A stretch of DNA of 64,000 nt from Gammaproteobacteria bacterium (GCA_031441585.1 JANMWZ010000149.1:22688-86687), one strand, 5' to 3'. Counted from the stretch's first letter, positions 40,292 through 52,975 are shown. Numbers and translations: made by a program. The notes: a model not told the origin generated them from the letters alone.

Positions 40292-40918
40292 CTATTGCTT
40301 GAGTTTGTACGTGATCTTGATGGGCTTGCACGATCGCACCGGCTTGCCTTCGACGGTACTGGCCTTGAAACGTCCGGCCGCCAGGCACTTGCCAGCGGCT
40401 TCATCAAGCACTGGAAAGCCCGAACTCGTCAATACTTCCAGCGCACCTTCGATCTTATTATCCGGGCCGACGCAAAACTTGACCGTTACCGAGCCTTCCT
40501 GCTGGAGACGCAAGGCCTGGCTGGGGTAATAGTCTTCGTGACAGTCGGGCAAGCGTACGGTGACAATGGGCGTCGAAGGCACACTGGAGACCCGCGGCGC
40601 TGGTGGCGGCGGCTTGGTGGTCGTCACAATCACTGGAGCGTCCATCGGAATATTGATATTGACCAGCGGCGGCGGCACGGACACGGGCGGCGGCGGCAGC
40701 AGATCGGGCTTCGGCGGCGGCGGTGGCAGATCCTTGGGCTGATCTTCCTTGAGCAGGCTGACCTGCACGTCCTTGCTCATCAACGCCAACGCGGCCTGGC
40801 CAAAGCCGCTCACGAATGCCCAGCCGATGAAAAGGTGCAACACGATGATCGCGATCAACACCATCATGCGGCGTTTTTTGTAGCCTGCATCGTGCCCGTA
40901 TGAACTGTATGAACTCAT
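40292..40918 (-). CDS. tonB: Energy transducer TonB
   Basis: N-terminal TM segment, Pro-rich spacer PPPPPKPDLLPPPPVSVPPP, and a C-terminal YPSQALRLQQEGSV domain. Confidence 0.85.
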   Translation of the reverse strand: MSSYSSYGHDAGYKKRRMMVLIAIIVLHLFIGWAFVSGFGQAALALMSKDVQVSLLKEDQPKDLPPPPPKPDLLPPPPVSVPPPLVNINIPMDAPVIVTTTKPPPPAPRVSSVPSTPIVTVRLPDCHEDYYPSQALRLQQEGSVTVKFCVGPDNKIEGALEVLTSSGFPVLDEAAGKCLAAGRFKASTVEGKPVRSCKPIKITYKLKQ

Positions 40919-41040
40919 AAGTTGTTTCGTTCATCCCCAGATAAGGTAGCCCGGCGGGCGCCCCTGCTATCGTTTTATTCTCGGCGCCTGAACTTTAGCT
41001 GCAACTTCCAACCGTTACAACCCAAATTTTTTCATCACTG

Positions 41041-42729
<1,689 letters not shown>

Positions 42730-42748
42730 TCAAAATCTCATGCAGGAA

Positions 42749-44164
42749 CTACCCGAATTTTTGACGTATCAGCGCATAGAGCGCGCGTATCCCCTGCGCT
42801 TCAGCGCCTACCGGCCTGCCTGGCCGCTCACGAGGATTCCAGGCATAGAGATCGACATGCAACCACGCGGGCGTCGCCGTCACAAATCGCTTGAGAAACA
42901 GCGCGGCAATGATGGCGCCCGCGAAGGGGCTGGCCGAGACATTGTTGAGATCGGCCACGCGGCTCGCCAATTCGTCGTCGTACCCCGCCCAGATGGGCAG
43001 CGGCCACAGCGGATCGCACTGGCTATCGCCCGCCAGGCGCGCGGCTTCCGCCAGCGAGGCATCGCTGCTAAACACCGCTGGCAGATCAGGGCCAAGCGCC
43101 GTGCGCGCCGCGCCGGTGAGCGTCGCCATATCAATCAGCAGGTCGGGCTGCTCGGCGTCCGCTTCGCTCAGCGCATCGGCCAGTATCAAACGTCCTTCGG
43201 CATCGGTGTTGCCGATCTCCACGGTCAAACCTTTACGTGATCGCCACACATCACCGGGTCTGAAGGCGTTGCCGCCGACGCTGTTTTCCACCGCCGGAAT
43301 CAGCAATCGCAACTGCACCGGGGCGCGCATGGCCAACAGCAGCCGTGCCAGGCCGAGCGCGCAGGCCGCGCCGCCCATATCTTTCTTCATCAGCAACATG
43401 CCAGCGGAGGGCTTCAGATCAAGGCCACCGCTATCGAAGCACACACCCTTCCCCACCAGGGTCACTTTGGGCGCGTTGGCGCGCGGCCAGCGGCAATCGA
43501 TCAGGTGTGGCGGGCGCGCACTGCCGGCCCCGACGGCATGTACCAGAGGGTACTGCTGCCGCAATTCAGCGCCGCTATAAAGCCGGGAGTGACCGCCAGA
43601 TTCCTGCGCCAGATCGCTCGCGGCCTGCGCCAGCTGTTCTGGCCCCAATTCATTGGCTGGCGCATTGATCAGATCGCGCGCGCCGAACATGGCCGCTGCG
43701 GCGGCCTCGGCGTAAACGCCATCGGCACCCTCTGGCAACACCAGGGATGCTGCCGCAACAGCCTTGGGCTGACTTCGAAAGCGTGTATAGCGATAGCTTC
43801 CCAACAGCCATCCGAGCGCGAACTGCGTCGCCACATCGCCCGGTAAAGCGGAGCCTAGTCGATAGCGCCCGGCGGGCAGTCGCTCGGGCAAGGGTGCGGC
43901 ATCCCACAAATTCAATGCCGTGTGGCTGGGAGCGGGCCCCAGGCCCGCCACGGCAGCGGCCACGGCCCCACGCTCATCTGGCAGCGCCACCACCCGCGCC
44001 TTTTCAGCCTGGAAACCCTGATTCTTGAGCCAGGCAGCCTGAGCGCCCGTCAGCTGCGCCAGGAACGCCGGCAAGCCCGCCTCGCTTACCAGCCACAGTG
44101 GCACGGCCGAGTCGGACTGGTCAGGCTTGAGTAGTGTTGCGTTCAATGTCGCTAGCTTAACCAA
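42749..44164 (-). CDS. M17 leucyl aminopeptidase family protein
   Basis: KGVCFDSGGLDLK, NTDAEGRL and ATLTGA motifs. TTG start is tentative. Confidence 0.85.
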   Translation of the reverse strand: MVKLATLNATLLKPDQSDSAVPLWLVSEAGLPAFLAQLTGAQAAWLKNQGFQAEKARVVALPDERGAVAAAVAGLGPAPSHTALNLWDAAPLPERLPAGRYRLGSALPGDVATQFALGWLLGSYRYTRFRSQPKAVAAASLVLPEGADGVYAEAAAAAMFGARDLINAPANELGPEQLAQAASDLAQESGGHSRLYSGAELRQQYPLVHAVGAGSARPPHLIDCRWPRANAPKVTLVGKGVCFDSGGLDLKPSAGMLLMKKDMGGAACALGLARLLLAMRAPVQLRLLIPAVENSVGGNAFRPGDVWRSRKGLTVEIGNTDAEGRLILADALSEADAEQPDLLIDMATLTGAARTALGPDLPAVFSSDASLAEAARLAGDSQCDPLWPLPIWAGYDDELASRVADLNNVSASPFAGAIIAALFLKRFVTATPAWLHVDLYAWNPRERPGRPVGAEAQGIRALYALIRQKFG

Positions 44165-44194
44165 TCGGCACCGCTGGAAAACAGCCTTTCAGCG

Positions 44195-44223
44195 TTGACA
44201 ACTCCCTGAGGGCGTGCTGATAT
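44195..44223 (+). promoter_or_regulatory. Putative sigma70 promoter of the ilv-leu operon
   Basis: TTGACA (44195-44200), a 17-nt spacer, then TGATAT (44218-44223). Confidence 0.45.
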
Positions 44224-44251
44224 CCCGCCGGCGTAACGGGTTGGAATCTCC

Positions 44252-44380
44252 ATGCACTCACAGGTTAGAGTTACTCAGCAGCAGCTGCGCGGCAACGCGC
44301 CAGCGCTTTTGCTGGGACTGCTGCCTGTAGACCTGCTGCTCCTGGCGAGCAGCCGGTACGGGTACTGCATGTGTAGCTGA
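44252..44380 (+). CDS. Putative Leu-rich leader peptide (42 aa)
   Basis: [42 protein letters not shown] has 9 Leu and 1 Val in a 13-residue stretch. It lies between the promoter and the terminator. Confidence 0.5.
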   Translation: MHSQVRVTQQQLRGNAPALLLGLLPVDLLLLASSRYGYCMCS

Positions 44381-44405
44381 AGTTTCAACGACGCCACCAC
44401 ACCAG

Positions 44406-44439
44406 AACCCCGCACCGGCCGCCGCTGCGGGGTTTTTTG
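44406..44439 (+). terminator. Intrinsic terminator (attenuator) upstream of ilvC
   Basis: GC stem ccccgca...tgcgggg followed by TTTTTTG. It lies 24 nt before the ilvC ATG, on the same strand. Confidence 0.7.
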
Positions 44440-44462
44440 TTAGCTTCACCGGAGTCGCAAAA

Positions 44463-45455
44463 ATGGAATTTTATTCGCGCAAAGATGTCGACAGGAAAGC
44501 GCTCAAGGGCGCACGCATCGCCGTGTTGGGTTACGGCAGCCAGGGTCGCGCGCATGCGCTCAACCTCAAGGACAGCGGCTGCAAGGTCGTGGTCGGCGTG
44601 CGCAAGCATGGCGCGAGCTGGAAGAACGCCAAGCGTGACGGGCTGGCCGTGGCGGAACCTGCCGAGGCCGTAGTCGGCGCGACGCTGGTGGCCATGCTGG
44701 TGCCCGATCTGGCCCAGAAAAATCTCTATCTGGCGATCAAGGGCAAGCTGGCGAACAACGCCACGTTGCTGTTTGCGCATGGCTTCAATATTCACTACCA
44801 GCAGATCAAGCCGCGTAAGGATCTGGACGTGGTGCTGATTGCACCCAAAGGCCCGGGTGATCTGGTGCGTCGCCAATATCAACAGGGCTATGGCGTGCCG
44901 TGCCTGATCGCGGTGGCGCAGGATGCCACCGGCAAAGCCCACGCCAAGGCACTGGCCTATGCCGACGGCATCGGCGGTACTCGCGGCGGCGTGCTGGCGA
45001 CCACGTTTGCTGAAGAAACCGAAACTGATCTGTTCGGTGAGCAGGCGGTGCTGTGCGGCGGCGCCACCGAACTCGTGGTGCAAGGCTACGAAACGCTGGT
45101 CGAAGCCGGTTATCAGCCGGAAGTTGCTTACTACGAATGCCTGCATGAACTGAAACTGATCGTCGACCTGCTGCATGAAGGTGGCCTCACCAAGATGCAC
45201 AAATACATCAGCGATACCGCCAAGTATGGTGATCTGACCCGTGGTCCACGCGTAATCAATGCGCGCACCCGCAATGAAATGCGCAAGATCCTCAAGGAGA
45301 TTCAGACCGGCAAGTTTGCGCGCCAGTGGATCAGGGAAAGCGCAAGCGGCGGCAAGGAATACCAGCGACTGCTGGCCGCCGACCTCAATCAGCCGATCGA
45401 AAAGGTAGGTGCGAAACTGCGCGCGCGCATGCCCTGGCTCAAGGACGCGCGTTAA
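44463..45455 (+). CDS. ilvC: Ketol-acid reductoisomerase (class I)
   Basis: [17 protein letters not shown] and [11 protein letters not shown] motifs. Confidence 0.95.
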   Translation: MEFYSRKDVDRKALKGARIAVLGYGSQGRAHALNLKDSGCKVVVGVRKHGASWKNAKRDGLAVAEPAEAVVGATLVAMLVPDLAQKNLYLAIKGKLANNATLLFAHGFNIHYQQIKPRKDLDVVLIAPKGPGDLVRRQYQQGYGVPCLIAVAQDATGKAHAKALAYADGIGGTRGGVLATTFAEETETDLFGEQAVLCGGATELVVQGYETLVEAGYQPEVAYYECLHELKLIVDLLHEGGLTKMHKYISDTAKYGDLTRGPRVINARTRNEMRKILKEIQTGKFARQWIRESASGGKEYQRLLAADLNQPIEKVGAKLRARMPWLKDAR

Positions 45456-45488
45456 GCACTTTTTTTACGAATCGTAAGCGAGACCAAC

Positions 45489-47060
45489 ATGGCGCCCGAA
45501 GCAGATCGAGTATTGATATTCGACACCACCTTGCGCGATGGCGAACAGTCGCCGGGTTGCAGCATGACGCAGCCGGAAAAGCTGCGGGTGGCGCGGGCGC
45601 TGGCCGAGCTGGGCGTCGATGTCATCGAAGCGGGTTTCCCGGCCGCCTCGCGTGGTGACTGGGAATCGGTCAATGCCGTCGCCCGCGAGGTGCCGGGGCC
45701 GATCATCTGCGCGCTGGCGCGCTGCACGCAGGACGACATTGAAGCCGCGGCGAAAGCACTGGCACCGGCGCCGCGACGCCGCTTGCATGTGTTTCTGGCC
45801 ACCAGCGCCATCCACCGCCAGTACAAGCTCAACATGGCCCAGGATGAAATCGTGCGCACTGCCGTCGAAGCCGTAAAAATGGCGCGCGTACTTTGTGACG
45901 ATGTTGAATTTTCGCCCGAAGACGCCTCGCGTACCGAGCTGGACTTCCTGGCCCGGGTCGTCGAGGCGGCCATCGAGGCTGGCGCCACCACCATTAATAT
46001 TCCCGATACGGTGGGCTACACCGTGCCCGATGAATTCGGCGAGCTGTTCCGTTATCTGCGGCAGAATGTGCGCGGCATAGACCGGGTCTGCCTGTCGGTG
46101 CATTGCCACGACGATCTGGGCATGGCTGTGGCCAACAGCCTCACGGCCGTGGTCGCCGGCGCGCGGCAGATCGAATGCACGATCAATGGTATCGGCGAGC
46201 GCGCTGGCAACTGCTCGCTGGAAGAGGTGGTGATGGCATTGCACACGCGCTCGCAGTTTTTTGATCTGCGCACCCGGGTGCAGACCAATCGGCTGTATCC
46301 GGCCAGCCGGCTGATTTCCAGCATTACCGGGCAGCCGATTCCGCGCAACAAGGCGGTGGTCGGCGAGAATGCCTTCGCCCACGAAGCGGGCATTCACCAG
46401 CACGGCATGCTGCAAAATCGCAGTACTTACGAAATCATGCGCCCCGAAGACGTGGGTCTGGCGCGCAGCAGTCTGGTGCTTGGCAAGCACAGTGGGCGGC
46501 ACGCATTCCGCGAGCGGGTGCGTGAGCTGGGTTTCGAACTTGATGAGCTGGAGCTCAATCGTGTCTTCGAGGAATTCAAAGCGCTGGCCGATCGCAAGAA
46601 AGAGCTGTTTGACGGCGACATCGAAGCTCTGGTGTTGCGCGCCGAGGGCGCAGCGCACGGGCCCTGGTCGCTGCTGCAGCTGGATATCGGCTCCTCGCTG
46701 GGCGCGCCCGCCACGGCCACCGTAAAGCTGCAGCACGCCGACGGCCGGATCAGCTCGGGCAGGACCAGTGGCGACGGCCCGGTAGATGCCGCTTACCAGG
46801 CGATTGAGCAGGCCACCGGCGTCATCGTCAAGGTGCGCAAGTTCGAAGTGCATGCAGTCACCGTGGGCGAAGACGCGCAGGGCGAGACCGTGGTGTACGT
46901 CGATTACCAGGATCGCAGCTATCGCGGTTCGAGCCTGTCGACGAATATTGTTGAAGCCAGCTGCAAGGCGCTGCTGGAAGTGATCAATCGCATCGAGCAG
47001 TCGCAGGCTGGGGGTGCGCGCGCCGCGGCGCGTGCGGACGCCGCCAAGACTGCCGTATAA
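45489..47060 (+). CDS. leuA: 2-isopropylmalate synthase
   Basis: IFDTTLRDGEQSPG and HCHDDLGMAVANS motifs, plus the C-terminal LeuA regulatory domain. Confidence 0.95.
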   Translation: MAPEADRVLIFDTTLRDGEQSPGCSMTQPEKLRVARALAELGVDVIEAGFPAASRGDWESVNAVAREVPGPIICALARCTQDDIEAAAKALAPAPRRRLHVFLATSAIHRQYKLNMAQDEIVRTAVEAVKMARVLCDDVEFSPEDASRTELDFLARVVEAAIEAGATTINIPDTVGYTVPDEFGELFRYLRQNVRGIDRVCLSVHCHDDLGMAVANSLTAVVAGARQIECTINGIGERAGNCSLEEVVMALHTRSQFFDLRTRVQTNRLYPASRLISSITGQPIPRNKAVVGENAFAHEAGIHQHGMLQNRSTYEIMRPEDVGLARSSLVLGKHSGRHAFRERVRELGFELDELELNRVFEEFKALADRKKELFDGDIEALVLRAEGAAHGPWSLLQLDIGSSLGAPATATVKLQHADGRISSGRTSGDGPVDAAYQAIEQATGVIVKVRKFEVHAVTVGEDAQGETVVYVDYQDRSYRGSSLSTNIVEASCKALLEVINRIEQSQAGGARAAARADAAKTAV

Positions 47061-47083
47061 GCGCATTTATTTCCGGAGTACTC

Positions 47084-48046
47084 ATGCCCATACCTGCAAC
47101 GCCCTATATCTGGTTCAACGGCAAACTGGTCGCCTGGGAAAAGGCCACGGTGCACGTACTGAGCCACGCCCTGCACTATGGCTCGTCAGTGTTCGAAGGC
47201 GTCCGCGCCTACGCCACGCCCGGCGGTATTGCCATCTTCCGTCTCGCCGATCACACCCGCCGGCTGTTTGATTCAGCGAAGATCTATCGAATCCAGATAC
47301 CATTCACGCCCGAGCAGATCAGCGCTGCCTGCCGTGAAACCGTGGCCGTCAACAGTCTTGGCAAGGGCGCCTACATCCGACCCGTGGCGTTTCGTGGTTA
47401 CGGCGAAATTGGCGTGGCGCCGAAAATCGAACCACCCGTCGACGTCGCGGTAGCGGCCTGGGAATGGGGTAAGTATCTCGGCCATGAGAGTGAGGCCGAG
47501 GGCGTGGATGTGTGCGTTTCCTCCTGGCAGCGTATGGCGCCCAACACGCTGCCGGCCATGGCCAAGGCCGCCGGCAACTATCTTTCCAGCCAGCTCATCA
47601 GCCTCGAGGCCAAGCGGCTCGGGTTTGCCGAAGGCATTGGTCTGGCCGTCGATGGCACGGTCAGCGAAGGCGCGGGCGAAAATCTGTTCGTCGTCAAGGA
47701 CGGCGTGCTGCTCACGCCGGGGATGGCCCATTCAGTGCTCGGCGGCATCACCCGCGACACCATCATGCGCCTGGCGCGCGAGCGCGGCCTTACGGTGCGC
47801 GAATGCACCGTGCCGCGTGAGCTGCTGTACCTGGCCGACGAACTGTTTTTTACCGGCACTGCTGCGGAAGTCACGCCCATTCGTTCGGTGGATCGCATAC
47901 CGGTAGGCGCGGGCCGACGTGGCCCGATTACCGAGACGAGTCAGCAGGCGTTCTTCGGTCTGTTCAACGGCCAGACCGCCGATAAATGGGGTTGGCTTGA
48001 TTACGTCGACATGCAAAGCAAGCCACGCGTCGCCGCCGTCAATTGA
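47084..48046 (+). CDS. ilvE: Branched-chain amino acid aminotransferase
   Basis: [16 protein letters not shown] and [13 protein letters not shown] motifs. Confidence 0.9.
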   Translation: MPIPATPYIWFNGKLVAWEKATVHVLSHALHYGSSVFEGVRAYATPGGIAIFRLADHTRRLFDSAKIYRIQIPFTPEQISAACRETVAVNSLGKGAYIRPVAFRGYGEIGVAPKIEPPVDVAVAAWEWGKYLGHESEAEGVDVCVSSWQRMAPNTLPAMAKAAGNYLSSQLISLEAKRLGFAEGIGLAVDGTVSEGAGENLFVVKDGVLLTPGMAHSVLGGITRDTIMRLARERGLTVRECTVPRELLYLADELFFTGTAAEVTPIRSVDRIPVGAGRRGPITETSQQAFFGLFNGQTADKWGWLDYVDMQSKPRVAAVN

Positions 48047-48047
48047 C

Positions 48048-49448
48048 ATGAAAACCCTGTTCGAAAAAATCTGGGAACGGCACGTTGTGGTAGCGGAAAC
48101 TCCCGACACGCCGGCAGTGCTTTACATCGATCTGCACCTGGTGCACGAGGTGACTTCACCGCAGGCATTCACGATGCTGCGCCAACAGGGCTTAAGCGTG
48201 CGCCGCCCTGAGCTGACCATCGCGACCATGGATCACTCGACGCCGACGCGTACCGAACAGGTATTCGGCGGTGCACCCATTACGGTGGAATCAGCCGCCC
48301 ACCAGATTGCCGAGCTCGAACGCAACTGCCGACAATATGGTATAGAACTTTTCAACCTGGCTAGCGACCTGCGTGGCATCGTGCACATCGTCGGCCCCGA
48401 ATTGGGGTTGACTCAGCCGGGCAAGACAGTGGTCTGCGGCGACAGCCATACCAGCACGCACGGCGCATTTGGCGCCCTGGCCTTCGGTATCGGCACGACT
48501 GAAGTCGCGCATGTACTGGCGACACAATGCCTGCTGCAGCGCCGACCCAAAACCCTGGCGATAAATATCGAGGGCCAGCTTGGCCTCGGCATCAGCGCCA
48601 AAGATCTGATCCTCGCTACCATCGGCCGCATCGGCATCTCGGGGGGCACCGGTCACGTCATTGAATACCGCGGCTCAACGATTCGCGCCCTCGATATGGA
48701 CGAGCGCATGACGGTGTGCAACATGTCCATCGAGGCCGGCGCCCGTGCGGGCATGATTGCGCCGGACGAAGTGACCTACACTTACGTCAAGGGCCGCGCC
48801 CGCGCGCCGAGCGGGGCCGACTGGGAACCGGCGCTCGCCAGCTGGCGTGAATTAGCGGGTGATGTCGGCGCAGGTTTTGATCGCGAAGTCAGCCTGGACG
48901 GGGCCGCGATCGAGCCCATGATCACCTATGGTACCCATCCTGGCATGGTGATACCCATCAGTGCTGATATTCCGGTCCGCCGCGACGATGCCTTGTTTGA
49001 CAAAGCACTCGCCTACATGGGACTGCAGGCCGGAGCGCCGATTCGCAATCACCCCATCGATGTGGTCTTTATCGGCAGTTGCACCAACGGTCGACTCTCG
49101 GATTTACGCAGCGCCGCACAGCTGCTGCGCGGACACAAAGTCGCGCGCGGCGTACAGCTGCTGGTAGTGCCCGGATCGCAGCAGGTAAAAAAAGCGGCTG
49201 AAGCGGAAGGTCTCGATCGGGTTTTTATCGAAGCGGGTGGCGAGTGGCGCGAATCAGGCTGCTCGATGTGCATCGGCATGAACGGTGACAACGTTGGCGC
49301 CGGACAGTATTCGGTCAGCACCAGCAACCGCAACTTTGAAGGCCGCCAGGGCCAGGGTGCGCGCACCCTGCTTGCCAGTCCGCAGACTGCAGCCGCCTCA
49401 GCGGTGCGCGGTCTGGTCACCGATCCGCGCGAACTGCTCAACGGCTGA
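48048..49448 (+). CDS. leuC: 3-isopropylmalate dehydratase large subunit
   Basis: [31 protein letters not shown] and NRNFEGRQG motifs. Confidence 0.95.
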   Translation: MKTLFEKIWERHVVVAETPDTPAVLYIDLHLVHEVTSPQAFTMLRQQGLSVRRPELTIATMDHSTPTRTEQVFGGAPITVESAAHQIAELERNCRQYGIELFNLASDLRGIVHIVGPELGLTQPGKTVVCGDSHTSTHGAFGALAFGIGTTEVAHVLATQCLLQRRPKTLAINIEGQLGLGISAKDLILATIGRIGISGGTGHVIEYRGSTIRALDMDERMTVCNMSIEAGARAGMIAPDEVTYTYVKGRARAPSGADWEPALASWRELAGDVGAGFDREVSLDGAAIEPMITYGTHPGMVIPISADIPVRRDDALFDKALAYMGLQAGAPIRNHPIDVVFIGSCTNGRLSDLRSAAQLLRGHKVARGVQLLVVPGSQQVKKAAEAEGLDRVFIEAGGEWRESGCSMCIGMNGDNVGAGQYSVSTSNRNFEGRQGQGARTLLASPQTAAASAVRGLVTDPRELLNG

Positions 49449-49456
49449 CACGCTGC

Positions 49457-50086
49457 ATGGACCCGATCAAACAGATTCGCTCGCGCACGGCAGTACTGCC
49501 GGACACCAATATCGACACCGATCAGATCATTCCGGCGCGTTTCCTGCGCACCACGGTGCGCGCCGGCCTGGGCAAACACCTATTCGCCGACTGGCGTTAC
49601 GCTGCCGACGGCACCCTGAAACCTGATTTTGCGCTGAACCAGCCGGCCGCTGCCGGTTGCCAGATTCTAATCGCCGGTCGTAATTTCGGCTGTGGTTCTT
49701 CGCGCGAACACGCGCCCTGGGCGCTGCATGACTATGGCTTCCGGGCCGTGATCAGCACCGAGATCGCCGACATCTTCAGCAACAACTCGCTGAAGAACGG
49801 CCTGTTACCCATCGTGATCGATGCCGCGAGTGCCGAGTGGCTGCTGGCTCATCCGGGCGCTGAACTGCTCATCGATCTTGAGCGCAACCTGATCGTGCTG
49901 CCAACGGGCACTCAGGTACGCTTTGCGATTGAAGGTTTTGCGCGCTACTGTCTGCTCAACGGCATCGATGAGCTCGGATTCCTGCGCTCACAGGAGCCGG
50001 CGATCAGCCGTTTTGAGACCCGGCACCAGGCCACCGCCGCCGGGCCCGCCGGGCCCGCCGGGCCCGCTGGGCCCGCCGGGCACTAA
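49457..50086 (+). CDS. leuD: 3-isopropylmalate dehydratase small subunit with a (GPA)4 tail
   Basis: [15 protein letters not shown] motif. Follows leuC. Confidence 0.9.
   Translation: MDPIKQIRSRTAVLPDTNIDTDQIIPARFLRTTVRAGLGKHLFADWRYAADGTLKPDFALNQPAAAGCQILIAGRNFGCGSSREHAPWALHDYGFRAVISTEIADIFSNNSLKNGLLPIVIDAASAEWLLAHPGAELLIDLERNLIVLPTGTQVRFAIEGFARYCLLNGIDELGFLRSQEPAISRFETRHQATAAGPAGPAGPAGPAGH
50042..50077. repeat. Four tandem 9-bp units at the 3' end of leuD
   Basis: gggcccgcc x4 (one C to T change) encodes [12 protein letters not shown]. Confidence 0.9.
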
Positions 50087-50096
50087 CGATGGCTCC

Positions 50097-51161
50097 ATGA
50101 AGGCGCGCATCGCGGTACTGGCCGGCGACGGCATCGGCCCTGACGTCAGCGCTGAAGCCGTGGCCGTGTTGCGTGCCATCGCCGCGCGCGATGGCCATGA
50201 TTTCACGATGAGCGAGGCGCCTTTTGGCGGCGCTGCGATCGATCTCACGGGTGACCCGTTGCCAGGCGAAACACTGGCGCTGTGCCTGTCTGCCGATGCG
50301 GTGTTGCTCGGCGCCATTGGCGGGCCCAAATGGTCCTCGCCGCAGGCCACGGTGCGTCCCGAACAGGGGCTGTTGCGACTGCGCAAGGAACTGGGCGTCT
50401 ACGCCAATCTCCGACCCGTTGCAGTGCACCCGGCGCTACGCGAGGCTTCAACTCTGAAGCCCGAGATTCTGGACGGTGTCGATCTGATATTCGTGCGCGA
50501 ACTGACCGGTGGCATCTATTTCGGTGCCAAGACCCGCAGCAGCGATGCGGCCAGCGATCTGTGCAGCTATACGGTTGCCGAGATCGAGCGCATCGTGCGT
50601 GTGGCCGGTAAACTGGCGCTTGGCCGGCGGCGCAAGCTGACCTCGATCGACAAGGCCAACGTCCTGGAAACTTCGCGACTGTGGCGCGAAGTCACGCAGC
50701 GCGTCATGCACGCCGAATTTCCGCAAGTGCAACTCGAGCACATGCTGGTCGATTCAGCGGCGATGCATCTGATTCGCAGGCCGCGTGATTTTGATGTCGC
50801 CGTTACCGAGAACATGTTTGGCGATATCCTCACCGATGAAGCCTCGATGCTGGCAGGATCACTGGGATTACTGCCCTCGGCTTCGCTGGGCGACGGCCGG
50901 CGCGGTCTCTACGAGCCGATCCACGGCTCGGCACCGGATATCGCCGGTCGCGGCATTGCCAATCCCTATGGCGCCATACTCAGTGCCGCCTTGTTGCTGC
51001 GCCATTCCCTGGGACTGGCCAGTGCGGCCGTTGCGGTGGAGGCCGCGGTAGCCGCGGCCATCGTTGCCGGCGTACGCACGCCCGATATTGCCGCCGCCGG
51101 CGCCCAGGCAGCCACGACCCGCGAGGCGGGCGCTGCGGTACTCGAGCGCCTGCGCGCCTGA
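50097..51161 (+). CDS. leuB: 3-isopropylmalate dehydrogenase
   Basis: [13 protein letters not shown] and [25 protein letters not shown] motifs. Confidence 0.95.
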   Translation: MKARIAVLAGDGIGPDVSAEAVAVLRAIAARDGHDFTMSEAPFGGAAIDLTGDPLPGETLALCLSADAVLLGAIGGPKWSSPQATVRPEQGLLRLRKELGVYANLRPVAVHPALREASTLKPEILDGVDLIFVRELTGGIYFGAKTRSSDAASDLCSYTVAEIERIVRVAGKLALGRRRKLTSIDKANVLETSRLWREVTQRVMHAEFPQVQLEHMLVDSAAMHLIRRPRDFDVAVTENMFGDILTDEASMLAGSLGLLPSASLGDGRRGLYEPIHGSAPDIAGRGIANPYGAILSAALLLRHSLGLASAAVAVEAAVAAAIVAGVRTPDIAAAGAQAATTREAGAAVLERLRA

Positions 51162-51192
51162 TCGCTGCCAGCGCCAGCGGCGCGGCGCCTCG

Positions 51193-51750
51193 CTAAGTAT
51201 CAAAATGGATATGGGCGGGCTCATCTGTCACCCCGCCCAGGTCCGGCGCCGCGCCGCTGGCGCTGGCATCGATCTGCCGGTAGCGTCCGCGATAGAACAG
51301 CAGCGGCTCGAGCGGCGCACTGCCACGCTGCAGCTCGACCACTTCGCCGATCACCAGCCAATGATCACCACCATCGACGATGCTGCGCACGGCACACGAC
51401 CAGGACGCCAGGCACCCCTCAAGCCGCGGTGCCGCACCCATGTGCACGAAACGATAGGGCGGTGGCAGCGCCTTGCGCCAGCCACCAGCAAAATAACTGG
51501 AGATGGCCTGCTGCTCTGCTCGCAGCACGTTGACACTGAAGGCCACGCCGGCAGCCAGGTGCTTCGACAAGCGCGCCTTCTTGGCCGGGCAAAACACCAG
51601 CAACATCGGTTCCAGTGACAGCGAGCTGACGGCATTGGCCGTCATGGCATGCACTTCATCGTTTGCCTGCACCGCGATCACGGCGACGCCGGTGGCGAAC
51701 AGACCCATCGTGTCGCGAAACTCGCGCACTTTTCCAGCAGATTTTTCCAT
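51193..51750 (-). CDS. Flavin reductase family protein
   Basis: FRDTMGLFATGVAVIA...AMTANAVSSLSLEPMLLVF is the flavin reductase-like FMN-binding domain. Confidence 0.8.
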   Translation of the reverse strand: MEKSAGKVREFRDTMGLFATGVAVIAVQANDEVHAMTANAVSSLSLEPMLLVFCPAKKARLSKHLAAGVAFSVNVLRAEQQAISSYFAGGWRKALPPPYRFVHMGAAPRLEGCLASWSCAVRSIVDGGDHWLVIGEVVELQRGSAPLEPLLFYRGRYRQIDASASGAAPDLGGVTDEPAHIHFDT

Positions 51751-51847
51751 ACCTCAAGTATGACCGGCGACGAGCGCGCCCGCCATGCGCGGCTGATTGC
51801 CATAAGCTAAGATGTCGTGGCAACCTGCCCTGACAAGGATTGGACCC

Positions 51848-52957
51848 ATGAAGACCCGCGCCGCGATCGCCTATGCCGCTGGCAAGCCGCTGGAAATTGT
51901 CACCCTCGAGCTTGACGGACCAAAGAGCGGCGAAGTGCTGATCGAGCTTCGAGCTACCGGGGTCTGCCACACGGATGAATTCACGCGCTCAGGCGCTGAT
52001 CCGGAAGGACTGTTCCCGGTGATCTTTGGCCACGAGGGTGCTGGCGTCGTGGTTGATATCGGTCCGGGCGTGACCACCCTGAAGCAGGGCGATCACGTAA
52101 TCCCGCTTTACACACCCGAGTGCCGGCAATGCAAGAGTTGCACTTCGCACAAGACCAATCTGTGCACGGCGATTCGCGCCACCCAGGGCCAGGGCGTCAT
52201 GCCCGATGGTACCAGTCGGTTTTCGATCGGCGGCGAGAAGGTGCATCACTACATGGGCTGCTCTACTTTTTCCAACTACACGGTGCTGCCAGAGATCGCG
52301 CTGGCAAAGATCCGTGAGGATGCCCCCTTTGACAAGGTCTGTTATATCGGCTGTGGCGTGACCACCGGCATTGGCGCCGTCATAAACACGGCAAAAGTCG
52401 AGGCCGGCGCGAACGTCGTGGTGTTCGGACTGGGCGGCATTGGTCTTAACGTTATCCAGGGCGCGCGACTGGTCGGCGCCAACAAGATTATTGGCGTCGA
52501 TCTGAACCCGCAACGCAAGCTGCTGGCCGAGCAGTTTGGCATGACGCACTTTGTGAACCCACAGGAAGTTGGCGCTGATCTGGTGCAACATCTGGTCGCG
52601 CTCACCGATGGCGGTGCCGATTACAGCTTCGAGTGCGTCGGCAATGTCGAGCTCATGCGCCAGGCGCTTGAGTGCACGCATCGTGGCTGGGGTGAGTCGA
52701 TCATCATCGGCGTTGCCGGCAGTGGCCAGGAGATCAAAACCCGCCCGTTTCAGCTGGTTACCGGCCGGGTCTGGAAGGGCACGGCCTTTGGTGGCGCCCG
52801 CGGCCGCACCGATGTGCCGAAGATTGTCGACTGGTACATGGATGGCAAGATTGCCATAGATCCGCTTATTACCCATGTCATGCCGCTAGAAAAAATCAAC
52901 ACGGCCTTCGAGCTGATGCATGCCGGTGAGTCGATTCGCAGCGTCATCACTTTCTAA
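51848..52957 (+). CDS. frmA: S-(hydroxymethyl)glutathione dehydrogenase / class III alcohol dehydrogenase
   Basis: [20 protein letters not shown] and GLGGIGLN motifs. 369 aa from the Met at 51848. Confidence 0.9.
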   Translation: MKTRAAIAYAAGKPLEIVTLELDGPKSGEVLIELRATGVCHTDEFTRSGADPEGLFPVIFGHEGAGVVVDIGPGVTTLKQGDHVIPLYTPECRQCKSCTSHKTNLCTAIRATQGQGVMPDGTSRFSIGGEKVHHYMGCSTFSNYTVLPEIALAKIREDAPFDKVCYIGCGVTTGIGAVINTAKVEAGANVVVFGLGGIGLNVIQGARLVGANKIIGVDLNPQRKLLAEQFGMTHFVNPQEVGADLVQHLVALTDGGADYSFECVGNVELMRQALECTHRGWGESIIIGVAGSGQEIKTRPFQLVTGRVWKGTAFGGARGRTDVPKIVDWYMDGKIAIDPLITHVMPLEKINTAFELMHAGESIRSVITF

Positions 52958-52975
52958 CTGCTACACGCGCCGTGC

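Noticed and set aside
44258-44449. 63-aa minus-strand ORF in the ilvC upstream region
   Set aside because: It lies antisense to the leader and terminator structure, and its existence is explained by the GC-rich hairpins. There is no ribosome-binding site and no homology.
45465-47066. 533-aa ORF on the minus strand covering the whole of leuA, from 6 nt past its stop to 24 nt before its start
   Set aside because: The plus-strand frame encodes an unmistakable 2-isopropylmalate synthase. The antisense product is a low-complexity Arg/Ala/Gly/His/Leu-rich string with no recognisable motif and no Shine-Dalgarno. Stop-free antisense frames are expected at this GC content because stop codons are AT-rich. 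Only Ribo-seq could revive it.
51162-51192. GC-rich segment between the convergent leuB and flavin reductase genes, considered as a bidirectional terminator
   Set aside because: Only short, imperfect pairings (gcgccagcggcgcggcgc) are possible and neither strand has a U-tract. I cannot support a terminator call from sequence alone.
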